The notes under the pieces: generated by a model
The model's input: only the letters and a program-made list of their open reading frames with translations
What the model was told of the DNA's origin: nothing
Database searches by the model: none
Translations under genes and position numbers: made by a program
Part shown: piece after piece, positions 26,334-40,184 of the stretch
Position numbering within the stretch: the first letter of the stretch is position 1
Layout: the number at the start of each line of letters is the position of its first letter
Origin: Octopus sinensis
Taxonomy: Eukaryota
Reading direction: 5' to 3'
Length of the DNA stretch: 64,000 nt
Assembly (NCBI RefSeq): GCF_006345805.1
Contig: NC_042999.1
Coordinates: 40,920,001 to 40,984,000 of the forward strand

Positions 26334-26817
26334 GGCAACGGCAACGATTGCTGATCATGGTTGGTGGTGGTGGTGATGATGCTGATGATGATGGTTGGTC
26401 AAAAAAAAAAAAGGTTTAGATTTCATTGCTGGGGTGGTGGTGGTGGTGGTAGAGAAGAAATAGTGCCGGTGTTGTTTGTCTTTTTTTGTCCAACCACCAA
26501 CCCCCAGCACCATCTGCAAAGTCACCCTACAAAGTCAGCCTTCATCGAATAGGCCTGTTTCAAAAGCGTTTTGAAGTGTGGCCATCGTAACCATCCGTTT
26601 TTTTTTATTATTTTGTTTTTTGTTTCCTTTTTTTCTTTTCTTGTTTCCATCTTTTTGCACAGCTAGGAGAGACTCTGTGATTGTACATGTTTTCCTAAAA
26701 CACGACACGATGTGAATTTAAAGGAGATTTAGCTACTATTTCTAGCAGATTGAGCTACTGTGTGTTGAGCTGATTGATAGTAAGCAGCAACTGAAACGTT
26801 CGTTAATGAAGATTCTC

Positions 26818-26849
<32 letters not shown>

Positions 26850-27261
26850 AATGAAGGGGAGGGCAATAGTGGATTATTTATGGAGAGTTTTGCCGCCACT
26901 GATTGGAGGCTGCGGTGCTGGTGGTGGAGATTTCGATACCGGTGATGTGATGAAATAGGTGGTGATGGTGGTAGTCGGAGGATGAGGTAATGTAGTTGTA
27001 GTAGTAGTAGTAGTGGTGGTGGTGATTTTGATTGCGCTGACGGTAACGTTGGTTCGAATGTCAGCGATGAATGACAATTAGTAATTAAATAAAAGCTTGC
27101 AGTAGTTCTCGTGTTTACTAAAGATGACGAGCTTCTCTTGTTCGACCAAAGAAAAGCTCTGAGACTGAACAGTTAGGCCAATGACTAAAACTGTTCCATT
27201 TGTGACCATCCCGTCTTTGTAGAAGTGTTTTTACATATATATATATATATATATATTATAT

Positions 27262-27496
27262 ACTCTCTTATACTCTCTTTTATTTGTTTCAGTCATTTGA
27301 CTGCGGCCATGCTGGAGCACCGCATTTAGTCGAGCAAATCGACCCCAGGACTTATTCTTTGTAAGCCTAGTACTTATTCTATCGGCCTCTTTTTCAAAAC
27401 CGCTAAGTGACGGGGACGTAAGCACACCACCATCGGTTGTCAAGCGATGTTGGGGGACAAACACAGACACACAAACATATACACACACATAGATAC

Positions 27497-27547
<51 letters not shown>

Positions 27548-27736
27548 TAGATAGATATATAGATAGATAGATACGACAGGCTTCTTTCAGTTTCTGTCTA
27601 CCAAATCCACTCACAAGGCTTTGGTCGACCCGAGGCTATAGTAGAAGACACTTGCCCAAGGTGCCACGCAGTGGGAATGAACCCGGAACCATGTGGTTGG
27701 TAAGCAAGCAACTTACCACACAGCCACTCCTGCACC
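27262..27736 (-). mobile_element. SINE family A full-length copy
   Basis: Near-consensus reverse complement; internal (TA)/(GATA) tract. Confidence 0.9.
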
Positions 27737-28448
27737 ATACATATCCATGTTTTGTTGTTTTTGGTATTATTTATATATGAAATGCGTTGACAAACAAACA
27801 GAAAGCACACAGAATGGTATATTGAAAAACATAGTAAATGCTCAAAGAAAACAGAAACAGAAGGTCCCCCATTCTTGGGACTCCTCATCAGTGGTCGGCC
27901 AGCGGGCCAAACGCAATTTCGTGCCTTTTATGTATATATATATGTATAACGCTTCTTTATGCAACGTGTCCAATTTGGCTGCTATTTCATCCACAGCGAA
28001 TACTCACGTTTATGTCGGAGATATCGTACTATTTCGCCGTGGGTCAGCCCTGATTAAGTGCACAGCCCTTGTAATGAGAAAAACCATTTCCTTCCATAAC
28101 TATCCATCCATGTTGATGTTGAAGTTGCAGATGTTTTTTTTTATATCAAAGAATGCCTTCTCGTTTTCATTGTCCCCCGTCTCGTTCTATCAAAATAAGT
28201 AAATAAAGATTTGGTTGTTATTTCTAGGAGGACGAGCAGCTACTTAAATGCTCCCTTGCTGGCTGGCTGGGGTTTATATCATTTATACCGTGGTTGCTGT
28301 AGCAGCAATTATTAGTGGAGGAGGAGGAGGAGGAGAAGAAAGAGGTGTGGGAACTGAGAGGGTTGGGAAGAGATAGAATTAGTGAATGAGAAAGACAAGG
28401 AAAGAAAGAGAAAAGGAAATAATACCAAAACAACCAAAATATTGAATA

Positions 28449-28483
<35 letters not shown>

Positions 28484-29054
28484 ATGTATGTATGTATGTA
28501 TGTATGTATGTATGTATGTATGTATGTATGTATGTATTATTCATCTCCAGGCCAGTGTTAATTGAGCGGACCCTATGATCAAAGGCATTCCAGCCATGAC
28601 TATCCCATCTGTTTTTGTTTTGGTGGAGGGCATGGAACTTAAATGAAATGGAACTTAATGAAAGAGTCCCTCGCTTTAAACAATGTAGAGAATGGGTTCT
28701 GTAAAATTTGGCTGCTATTTCTAGCAGGTTGAGATTAGAGGCAATTCTCCTTAGTCCAGTATGTGTGTGAGGTGTATGGGAGATTTTTTTTTTGTTTTTA
28801 GTAAATGTTATTGTGTTATTCTTGGACCCCAGGTTAGCTTCTACTGAGAATGCCTATGGTATTTCTAAGCTAGGTTTTTTTAAGGTTTGCAGGGTGAAAT
28901 GTAATTTAGAGGGGGATTTGACAGTTATCTTTCGCAGGTTTTAGTGACCACGTAGCGCGGTTTCCTCGCTGGTTTAGTGGTTCGTGTTTGTGTACGAGTA
29001 TGGTGGTCAGGCATGCAGGCTCGCTCGCTCGCTCGCTCGAGAGAGAGAGAGAGA

Positions 29055-29092
<38 letters not shown>

Positions 29093-29240
29093 AAGAAATA
29101 GATAAATAATATTGCAGAGCTAGAGAGAAAGAGAGGAAGAAGAAGTGAAAGGTGAACGAAAGGTGCATACATACATACATACATACATACATACACAGAC
29201 AAACACACACACACAGGTGCGCGCGTACACATACACACAC

Positions 29241-29283
<43 letters not shown>

Positions 29284-29486
29284 TTTGAAGAGAGAAAGGA
29301 GGAGAGTTTTATGATAGAGAGAAAGCTGCGTAAAACGAAAGAGACTGATCGATAAAGGGAAGGATGCGAAAGAGCATCAATGACATATGCTGAGAAATGA
29401 AAGAGTGATGGCGAAGAAGAAAAAAGAAATAGAGAGAGGGGGAAGAGAAAAGAGAAGAAGTAATAGAAAACGACGGAGAGAAAGAT

Positions 29487-29875
29487 TAGACAGACAGACA
29501 GACAGACAGATAGATAGAACGATAGATAGATATGTAGGTAGATAGATAGATAGATGGATAGATGGATAGATAGGTAGATAAATAATAGATAGACAGATAG
29601 GTAGAGAGATGGGTAGATGGATAGATAGATAGGTAGATAGATGGATAGGTACGTAGGTAGATAGATAGATAAATAGATAGATAGATAGACAGATAGATAG
29701 ATGGATAGACAGACAGACAGACAGATAGATAGATAGATAGATAGGTAGGTAGGTAGGTAGGTAGATAGATAGATAGACAGTCAGACAGACAGACAGACAG
29801 ATAGATAGATAGATAGATAGATAGATAGCTAGATAGATAGATAGACAAATAGGTAGAGAGATAGATATATAGATG

Positions 29876-29909
<34 letters not shown>

Positions 29910-30083
29910 TAGACAGATAGATAGATGGATAGACAGACAGACAGACAGATAGATAGATAGATAGATAGGTAGGTAGATAGATAGATAGACAGTCAGACAG
30001 ACAGACAGACAGATAGATAGACAGATAGGTAGATAGCTAGATAGATAGATAGACAAATAGGTAGAGAGATAGATATATAGATG

Positions 30084-30149
<66 letters not shown>

Positions 30150-30150
30150 G
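29487..30150. repeat. (GATA/GACA/GGTA)n compound microsatellite with internal ~210-bp duplication
   Basis: The block gatagctagatagatagatagacaaataggtagagagatagatatatagatgg occurs at ~29825 and ~30033. Confidence 0.9.
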
Positions 30151-31445
30151 GTTACAGCACAAATGTACGCACAGAAATTTTAGTATGTATACGTTATGGT
30201 ACGTTTGTACGCGTGTAAAGAGAAACAGTGAAAAATGAGGTTGATAGAGCGAGCAGAGAAACAACGAGAGAGAGAGAGAGAGAAGGGGAGGGAGGGACGG
30301 AGTGAGAGAGAGAGAGAGAGAGAGAGAGCAGAGAGGATAAGGAAGAGGTGGAGGGAGGGTGAAGGATCAGTGAGGGTGGTGTGGATAACAAAACGAGAAA
30401 CTTTTACAAACGTCTTCGTTCAGAATGGAGTTACCGTTTCTTCTCCCGAGAATGTATACACAATAACATTGCGATAAGAGTGTGTGGTGGTGTATATATA
30501 CATATACTATTATATATAATTATATATATATATATATATAATTATATAGAATTATATACATACACACACACACATACACACACACAGATACATATTACAG
30601 CTGGGAGCGTGTGTGTTGTGTGTGCGTGTGCGTGTGTATATATATTCATACATACATGAGTGTTTATCGCTTTGTATATATACGTATATATACATACACA
30701 CATTTGAAAAAAAAAAAACAAAACACATATCAAAACAATGTAAGTACCCGACTTCAATAATAATAATAATGATGATGATGATGATGATGATAATGATGAT
30801 AATGTTGATGTTGTTGGTGGTGTTGACGATGTCGGCGACGATGAATATAATGCGATGACAATTAAGTTGATGCTGATTTACTGATGAGGATGTTTATGAC
30901 GATGTGAAGTGAAATGAAACTGATTGTTAGATGATGATGATGGTGATGGTGATGGTGATGGTAATGGTGGTGGTGGTGGTGTTGAGAAGTAACGGTTAGA
31001 ATTGATCGTAGTTTATTTATTTCTGAGTATTTAGCTGCTATTTCTAGCAAGTCTCATAACCTCGCCATAGACAGGGTTGCGTTTAACGAATAATAGAATT
31101 GAATTATTACCTGAGTATATTGAACTCAAATGGATTAGCCCCCCCACCCAAGTCGATGCTTGGTATACCCTCCACCTCTTCCGTCTTCTCATCATATTGT
31201 TTTTCAAGTTTTCTTACACTTTTCCATCATGTTTATCATATATGTATTTAAAAAAAATTTTGTTGTGTGTGTATAGTAACTAAGATACTCATAATACAAG
31301 GTATATCTGAATTCATCTAATCGTGCCAGCTTCAGTTAGTGAGAATGCTCTATAACTAGTTAGTTAGACGTTTGTTGGTTGGTTGGTTGGGTTGGTGGTG
31401 GCTATAACCAATCTATAACCAATATGAAATAAAACAAACAGTAAT

Positions 31446-31825
31446 AGGCGCAGGAGTGGCCGTGTGGTAAGTAGTAAGTAGCTTGTTAACCAAACACTTG
31501 GTTCCGGGTTCAGTCCCACCGCGTGGAACTTTGTGCAAGTGTCTTCTTCTACCATAGCCTCAGGCCGACCAAAGCCTTGTGAGTGGATTTGGTAAACGGA
31601 AACTGAAAGAAGCCCGTCGTGTATATACATGTGTGTGTGTGTGTGTTTCTGTATTTTTTACCCCTATCATCACTTGACAACCGATGCTGGTGTACTTACG
31701 TCCCCGTAACTTACTGGCTCAACAAAGAGACCGATAGAACAAGTACTAGGCTTACAAAGAATAAGTCGTGCGGTCGATTTGTTCGAATAAAGGCGGTGCT
31801 CCAGCAAGGCCGCAGTCAAATGGTG
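31446..31825 (+). mobile_element. SINE family A copy (extra tail fragment at 31931-31988)
   Basis: aggcgcaggagtggccgtgtggtaag..aaggcggtgctccagcaaggccgcagtcaaatg. Confidence 0.85.
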
Positions 31826-31869
31826 TAAGGTGAATGCCTGAACGAGTAACCGTGTATGCATGTGCCTAC

Positions 31870-31905
<36 letters not shown>

Positions 31906-32244
31906 AAATATATATATATGCGTGTGTGAGTGTTCGACTAAAGGCGGTGCTCCAGCATGGCCGTAGTCAAATGACTGAAACAAGTAAATTTTCGTTGCTT
32001 GTATAATATATATATATATATCTATATATATATATATGCAGCCTTCAAATTTATCCAAAGGGAATTTAAATTAATAATTACACACCGTTATTTATAGCTG
32101 TATATGCTTCGAGTTTCACCGCTCCACTTAATTATTACACTCGCACACACTCTTAATATATGCTCTCCTTACTTCCTTCTTGTATTTCATCTCTCATTTT
32201 CGTTTATTTATTTTCTTTCCTGACTCTTTGTGTTTGTCTATTTG

Positions 32245-32290
<46 letters not shown>

Positions 32291-33508
32291 AACACACACA
32301 GTATATATTTTTTCAGTTTCCTTTTCCGTTCCTTGCATTTAATGAAAAATATACTATTTTCTCCACCCCCCCCCAACTTTTTTTGTTGTTGTTGTATTGT
32401 TTTCATAACTTTTCTCTCACCCTTCACTTCCTGCCCGTAATATTTTTGCTTATATTTTAGATATTCTGTTCCACATTTCTTTCTCTTCATTCATTCCTCC
32501 AGCCACTTATCTCGCTATCAACAATCAAAATTGCCAGGGAGATACTTTTCGTAGTCTCTCTCCCGTAATCTCTCTCCCTCGCAACATGCTCGAAATAACA
32601 GCTTTATATCCCTTACAAATTTACACGCAGAGCACTCAGCGTAAAAGTGTTCGTAAATAGAAAGAATGTGTTTGTTAGTATTAAAATAATAATAATGATA
32701 ATAATAATAAAATGAAGCGGTATGGTTACAACCGAAATACCTTTTGATCGTTAATCTACTTGATAAGAGGTGACTTGGGGGCTAAACAAGAACAACATTA
32801 ATAACGACAACAACAACAACACTTTTGCCGGTCTGCGCAAAGTGATGTTCTCAGACCAGATGTTGTCTGTCTGTACACAAGTTCCATCTTCTGCTACAGT
32901 CCGTTGTCGTTCTCCGAATAACTTCTGTCTGTCTCTGTCTCTCCTTCTCTCTCTCTCTCTCTCTCTCTCGATATAACGGAATACGCAAAAGCATTATTGA
33001 AACTGTAATTTGTCTGCAACAGTAGCAACAATAACATTGTTTATCAGTTACTACAACCCACGGCTATTATAAGTCATCATAGTAAGGCATCGCTATTGTT
33101 ATATTAGTGGAGAAGAAAGGTAAAGTCTCTCTCTCTCTTTCTTTCTCTCTCTCTTACATATAATCTACACCCCACCCCACCCCACCCTGTAAACCCTCTC
33201 ACACACTCTCTTTCTCTAACCCCCCCCCCCACACATGCACAAACGTACTGTGAGTTTGGTTCGAACACACACGAGTATCTTAGGAACAAATGCACATGCG
33301 AAATTAGAGGACTTTGAGTAACTCCTAGACAGTTTTCAGCTGAAATTACGTGTTTGCGCGTGTGCGTGCGCGTATATATATGTGTATGTATGTGTGTATA
33401 TGTGTATGTGTATATATGTGTGTATATATGTCTGTATGTATGTGTGTATGTATGTGTATATATGTGTGTGTGCATGTATATATATATACATATATTTATA
33501 CGTGCATG

Positions 33509-33540
<32 letters not shown>

Positions 33541-34387
33541 CGTGTATGTATATAAATATATATATATCGTCCGATAATACTATATTTGTTCCACGTCCAC
33601 GCGTTGTGATTTTTTTTGTGTTTTCTTATTTGGATTAACTTTATATATATATATGTGTGTGTGTGTGTGTACTCACATACGTACACATACACGAGAGAGA
33701 TACGCACAAGGTTCGAGGGAGAAGCGACTGAGTATTTGCTAAATAAATTATATAGCAACCAGGACAGTGAAAAATATATCGTTTAAAATAAAATAGAAAA
33801 TGTGTGTACGCTTGTGTGTTGCACGCACGCTTGCGTGTATACATTACGCATAAACGTGCGCGTGCACCGTATATATTGCACATTAACGTGTGCCTTAATA
33901 TTATTATTATTATTTTTTTTTTCGTATTTCTTTTCTGTCATTTTCCGTTTTAAAACAGATGCCTTTCTGTTATCCTTGTTTTTAATGCTGATGGTGTTTA
34001 AGCACACGTTGGCTGCTATCTTGCAGACAATACATTGTATGTCAGTCAAATGTGTGTGTTTTTATTTTATTTTATTTTCATAGATAGGAAGGGTCTCACT
34101 TTTAGAGAGAAATTGTTTGCTATTTCTTACAAGTCGGGTGACTTAGGTAGAAACTTCATCTTTGGCTGACAGAAACCGTTTTTTCTCTCTCTCTAAAAAA
34201 ACCAAAAAAAACTCCATATTTTAGTGTAGAAAATAATGTCTTTCGAGTTTGTTTACTTTCAGCCGTATATTTGTTCCTTTAAAGTCTACCATTTTCTTTT
34301 ATTCCCTATTTCAAAGTTCTTTCCTCGTTGTACTGTTTTCTTGCTGCAATTATCAAAATTACTTTCTCGTGTTATTATTATAAACCT

Positions 34388-35478
34388 TGGCAGAATCGTT
34401 AGCGCGCTGGACAGAGAAAAAAACAATGCTTAGCGGCATTTCTTCCTGCTTTGCATTTTGAGTTCAAATTCCGCTGAGGTCGACTTTGCCTTTTATCCTT
34501 TCGTGGTCGATAAATTAAGTGCCAATGAAATAGTGGAATCGATTTAATCAACATGCCCCCTCCCCACCAAATTCCACGCCTTGTTCCTTTAGAAGAAAGG
34601 ATTATTATGAAGGTGGCAGAATCGTTAGCATGCCGGACTAAAAGAAATGCTTGGCGGCATTTCTTCCTGCTTTGCATTTTGAGTTCAAATTCCGCTGAGG
34701 TCGACTTTACCTTTTATCCTTTCGTGGTCGATAAATTAAGTGCCAATGAAATAGTGGAATCGATTTAATCAACATGCCCCCTCCCCACCAAATTCCAAGC
34801 CTTGTTCCTTTAGTAGAAAGGATTATTATGAAGGTGGCAGAATCGTTAGCATGCCGGACTAAAGGGAAATGCTTAGCGGCATTTCTTCCTGCTTTGCATT
34901 TTGAGTTCAAATTCCGCTGAGGTCGACTTTGTCTTTTATAATTCCGTGGTCGATAAATTAAGTGCCAATGAAATAGTGGAATCGATTTAATCAACATGCC
35001 CCATCCCCACCAAATTCCAGGCCTTGTTCCTTTAATAGAAAGAATTATTATGAAGGTGGCAGAATCGTTAGCATGCCGGACTAAATGAAATGCTTAGCGG
35101 CATTTCTTCCGGTTTTGCGTTCTAACTTCAAATGCCGCCGAGGTCAAATTCGCCTTTTATCCTTTCGGCGTCGATAAAAATAAAGGAACGGTTGAACACA
35201 AAAGGTCGACGTAAACGACAAGCCCCTCCCCACAAAATAGAACTTGTATCAATAGTAGAATGAATTATTTTCGAGCTGGCAGAATCGTTAAGCACGCCGG
35301 AAAAAAATACTTAACAGTAATGTCTTCCGGTGCTTTACGTTCTAAGTTCAAATGCCGCCGAGGTCAACTTACCTTTCATCCTTTCGAAATCGATAAAATG
35401 AAATACCGATAAAGAACTGATCTAACAGACTAACCCCATTCCCCTGAAACTGCCTTGTGCCAAAATCTGAAACCAATA
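34388..35478 (+). repeat. Head-to-tail array of five SINE family B copies (~220-226 bp period)
   Basis: tggcagaatcgtta starts at 34388, 34614, 34835, 35057 and 35277. The first three share private variants. Confidence 0.9.
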
Positions 35479-36171
35479 CTGTCTTATATTTTATATCACT
35501 TTCTCTTTTTGTATACACCCCTTTCCATCAATCTGTTTCTCCCATCGTTATACACACACATCCTCCTAGATACCTTCATACTTCATTGTCTGTGTCCATT
35601 CATCCATATGTATGTATGTATGCATGCATGTTTGTGTATAATTGCGGGTGTGTGTGTAAATTTGTATGCCTGTGTATGTATATGCGTGTATCTATATATA
35701 CCTAATGATCTACTTTTCTCCAAATATACCGATCTATCTGTGATTTTCTACCCACCTACAGATATAAATTTCTCCTTTATTTAAGTTTTTTTTTTTTCTC
35801 TTTTTTTTTGTTATTCTGTCTCCGCCACATACACACGTATACAGGGTTGGCCAAAAGTCACCCGACAGTAAATCAAAATTCCATAAATACTTAATATTCA
35901 ACTTTATTGAACAATTTTTATTGAACAATTTCCATGATGTTTCATATTTAGATGCTTTTATTAAGCAAAAGAAATCCTGGAATTAAATGGTTTTGATTTA
36001 CCTTCTATACATACATACATACATACATACGACTTGTATGTCACCAAAATATTTTGTATACACACAGAGAAGTGAGTGAACAAACGAAAGTAGCATGTGA
36101 TGAGAATAGACGTACGTACTTTATACAACAACGAAACTTTAAGTCATGTACAGCTGAGTCAAACTGTTAAT

Positions 36172-36202
<31 letters not shown>

Positions 36203-36313
36203 CTATCATCTCTATTCCACACCATTAATCCGTTAATTTTCCCTTTTCATGCTGCCATATTATATTTAATCGTCTATAATAATAGTAATAATAATAACTA
36301 CAACAACAACAAC

Positions 36314-36349
<36 letters not shown>

Positions 36350-37347
36350 TATTATTATTATGATTATTATTATTATTATTTACGTTTTTCTGTTTATTTT
36401 GTAACTTTCATTTATTTTCAGTAACTTTAAACCCTAATTGTTTAATTTTAGAATATATGCGTCTGCGTTGGTATTTTTTCTCTTTTTGTTTTTTATTCAG
36501 AATTATAACTTTATTCATCAGTCTACAAGCTCAAACAAGAGAGAGAGAGAGAGAGGGGGGGAATAGATAGATAGATAGATAGATACATAGATAGATAGAT
36601 AAAGAGAGAATATGTGTTTAGGCCTGGCCGAGTGGTAAAGAAATTTTCTTCGCCATCAATATAATTTCTGGTTCGGTCCCACTGTATCGCTTATTGGACA
36701 AGTGTCTTTTTACCATTGTTCCGAGTCGAGCGAATTCTTGTGAGTGCAAACAGGTTGAGGTGGAAACTATACGGAAGCCCGCTGGATGGATTGTACCTGT
36801 GTTTCAAAGATTGTACCTGTATGTCACTCGCTGTGTCACTCCGATTGTTTTTTTTTGTTTTTGTTTTCCACCCCCACCCCGAGGATCGCCTTAAGGTTAT
36901 ATAACACACATGTAAGAAATACTCAACTATTTACTTACATGCTTTTCGAATGAGTTTAATTATTCATTCCGTTCATTGAACAGTTGGAGTAATTAACTTC
37001 GGAATAGATTGGAGTGGTCTGCTGTGGGATCGAACTTGCGAATGTGGTTGATATACGAACTTGTTAGTCACACGCCTGCAAATGCGTCTGTATACATATG
37101 ATTTTTTTTTACAACAGTTATTTATAGTTTCCATTTTATTGCGTCTGTTGGTATCGCTATTCTTTTTTTAATTAACTTATATATTCTTAACAGCCTGTGA
37201 TTTTGTTTAAATCTGTTTATCGTGTCTTTTGAAATACTGTTCTATGCCGTAAGCCATTTTACCCTCGTAGCCTGAAAACTCGAACCGCCTTGAGTAAGAT
37301 CTGCCTTCTGGTTATTACAGAGGTCTATTATCTATTTATACGTTTTT

Positions 37348-37382
<35 letters not shown>

Positions 37383-37385
<3 letters not shown>

Positions 37386-37650
37386 GCATATTTGCCATTT
37401 GAATATGGCTAACCCCTAAGGGTGGATGCTACTGTAGTTTGTAGCCCCAGGAAGATATCTCCTCCAGCTGGCTATAGACACACTATCTGTGTCCTCTCAG
37501 TTTTTGTGAAGGGGAGTCATCCTCCCCGTCTTCAACTCATGATACACACGGACCCGAGTTTCAAGGTGTTTACCTTTCATCAGCGTGTGACAATCATGGT
37601 TGTCGACGACAAGTCAGCTCCCTTCACAAATACATATACTTTTTCCAGTG

Positions 37651-37654
<4 letters not shown>
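37383..37654 (-). mobile_element. ~270-bp (TA)n-embedded hammerhead-carrying element (Penelope-derived or retrozyme-like)
   Basis: Distinct block between two (ta)n tracts. It contains the hammerhead below and an outer inverted repeat tttgtgaaggg(g)ag / ctcccttcacaaa. Confidence 0.6.
37534..37601 (-). ncRNA. Type I hammerhead ribozyme (minimal, palindromic stem III)
   Basis: Minus strand: aaccaugau-ugu-cacacg CUGAUGA aaggu-aaac-accuu GAAA cucgg GUC^cgugug-u-aucaug-a-guu. The catalytic core is intact, with a 6-bp stem I plus distal extension, a 5-bp stem II and a GUC cleavage triplet. Confidence 0.85.
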
Positions 37655-37694
<40 letters not shown>

Positions 37695-37831
37695 CACGAT
37701 CGTACAAACATACATATATGCGTACGTATAATATGCATGTATATATGTGTGTGTAGGCGTTATTTTAATGCTTTCAGTCTTTCGATTAACTGCTATTCAA
37801 GGGTTTTTAGTTAAGTACAACGAAAATCTCT

Positions 37832-38104
37832 TGTGGGAGGCGCGTGGCTTAGTGGTTAGGGTGTCAGCATCATGATCGTAAGATTGTGTGGTTTCGATTC
37901 CTGGACCGGGCGACACGTTGTGTTCTTGAGCAAAACACTTCATTTCACGCTGCTCCAGTCCACCCAGCTGGCAAAAATGAGTAACACTGCGATGGACTGG
38001 CGTCCCGCCCAGCTGGGGAACACATTACGCCATTGAAACCGGGAAGCCGAGTACATGAGCCTGGCTAGGCTTTAAAAAAAGGGCGCATTTATTTTATTTT
38101 ATTT
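37832..38104 (+). mobile_element. CORE-type tRNA-derived SINE (family C) with TSD
   Basis: A box tggcttagtgg, B box gtttcgattcc, CORE-like gtgttcttgagcaaaacacttcatttcac..aaaatgag, (atttt)n tail. tacaacgaaa is duplicated at 37816-37825 and 38105-38114. Confidence 0.85.
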
Positions 38105-39012
38105 TACAACGAAATCCTCAGTACTTGTTAATTTCATGTGTGTATTTTGATCGCTATTTATCGAATGACTAAGTTATCCTGTTGGCAACACAGAGGTGCC
38201 ACTTGACCCTCTAGTGCACAACGGCATATCACCCTCTCCTCCGCATCCATTTTCGTTTACACGAAATTCGAGTCACAGAGCATATAATAATAAGCCGAGG
38301 CTACTACAGAAAGTGGACACATACTCCAGGTTCTTCTGCGCGGTGACATCGAACACGGAACCACGTGGCTATTAAGCAAATATCTTAGCTACACGCTCGT
38401 ATATGCGGTTGGTAAACATGTGATATTTTACTTATATATATAGCTTTCACGAAATAACTACTTTATTTCCCCTCTTTATTATTATTATTATTATTATTAT
38501 TTTTCTATTTTTACCCAATACTTTTTTGTTCTTGTTTATTCTTAAAACAGTCTTGATTGAAATGACTAAATATATATCATATTAAATGTTATACTATCTT
38601 TTTAAGACAGTAGAGTATGATGTATTTTTTAAAGCGCAATCTTTGACTGCTATTTCTAGCGAAACGTGTAAGCAGGTACACCACCTCATCGGTCGCTTGC
38701 AAAGAATGTTTATATTCATTTTGTTTTATTTTTCGCAATCGTTTGTTTATTTCCCGTTTCACTTGGATCTTTTTACTTCTATTATAACTACTAGTAATCA
38801 TACCTTTGACATACGTTTACCTTTATTATATATGAACAATACGTTTAAACGAGCTATTATGCATTTTTACTCAGAGTGTATATCCACAATTACATTTTAA
38901 TCGCAAAGAGTTTGTGTGTGTGTGTGTGTGTGTATACACACAAGCCTGCCTTAAGTAAACAGTGTGTGTATGTATATATATACGTTTATATATATTTATA
39001 TAATATATAATA

Positions 39013-39093
<81 letters not shown>

Positions 39094-39170
39094 GAGAGAG
39101 AGAAGAGGAAGAAAACAGTGACACATGTACAAACGGACACACACACGTATGTCTCTATGTATGTGTTTAT

Positions 39171-39212
<42 letters not shown>

Positions 39213-39290
39213 CACACACACACATAGATACATATATACACGAATTCACACATGCACACAAACTACACACGTATAAGCTTTTATGTGTAC

Positions 39291-39328
<38 letters not shown>

Positions 39329-39839
39329 ATGGATGTGTGTATGTGCGTGTGTGTGTGTGTTGAAATAATATACACACATATACACATGCATTTATCCATC
39401 TACAAAGAGAACGTGTTTATGTAAACACGAACCCGCCACAAATGATTCTCAGATCTCTTCGTTATTAAAGACTCATCTTATTGCTGATTTGCCGGCAAAG
39501 CCTTTCTCGCTAGTCTTAGTTGTTGCTTTTTTTTCTTTTTTTGTTGTTGTAGTTCATCTTCATGTTTATAGTTTATTTTCTGTTTAAGTTTGTGCATTTG
39601 TTTACTATAAAGAAACCTAACAGTTAAACAAGATAACTCTATTCGTGATGTAAGGGGAAACCTATCTGAATAGATATAAAAAAAAAAAAAAAAAAAAAAG
39701 CCAGACACCTAAACACAGCCGCATTAATCGGATATAGACTGTCTGATAAAGAGATTTATACAAATAAAATGGAAATTTTGTACGGAATGTAAGAGATTGT
39801 TGTGTGCGTCTGTGTGTGTATCCATTGTGTGTTTGTGCG

Positions 39840-39888
<49 letters not shown>

Positions 39889-40145
39889 CACACGTATATA
39901 TATAATATATACACTCGCACAAACACACGGGCACGGCTATATATATATAACATAACATTCTATATACATATATGTACTCACCCAAAATAATATATATGTG
40001 CTTTATGCTATATATATATATATACATATATACCATAACATAGATGTTATATATATAATGTATACACACATATATGCATATTATATATATATATATACAT
40101 ATATTACATACATAGATGTATATATAATATATACACACATTATGC

Positions 40146-40184
<39 letters not shown>

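Noticed and set aside
24645-26450. Poly-Val/Met/Pro/His ORFs resembling low-complexity or transmembrane proteins
   Set aside because: Trinucleotide repeat mosaics with stops in all frames and no splice-supported structure.
35841-35935. Tc1/mariner-like left end tacagggttggccaaaagtc
   Set aside because: No matching right TIR or transposase remnant was found nearby, so it is not called.
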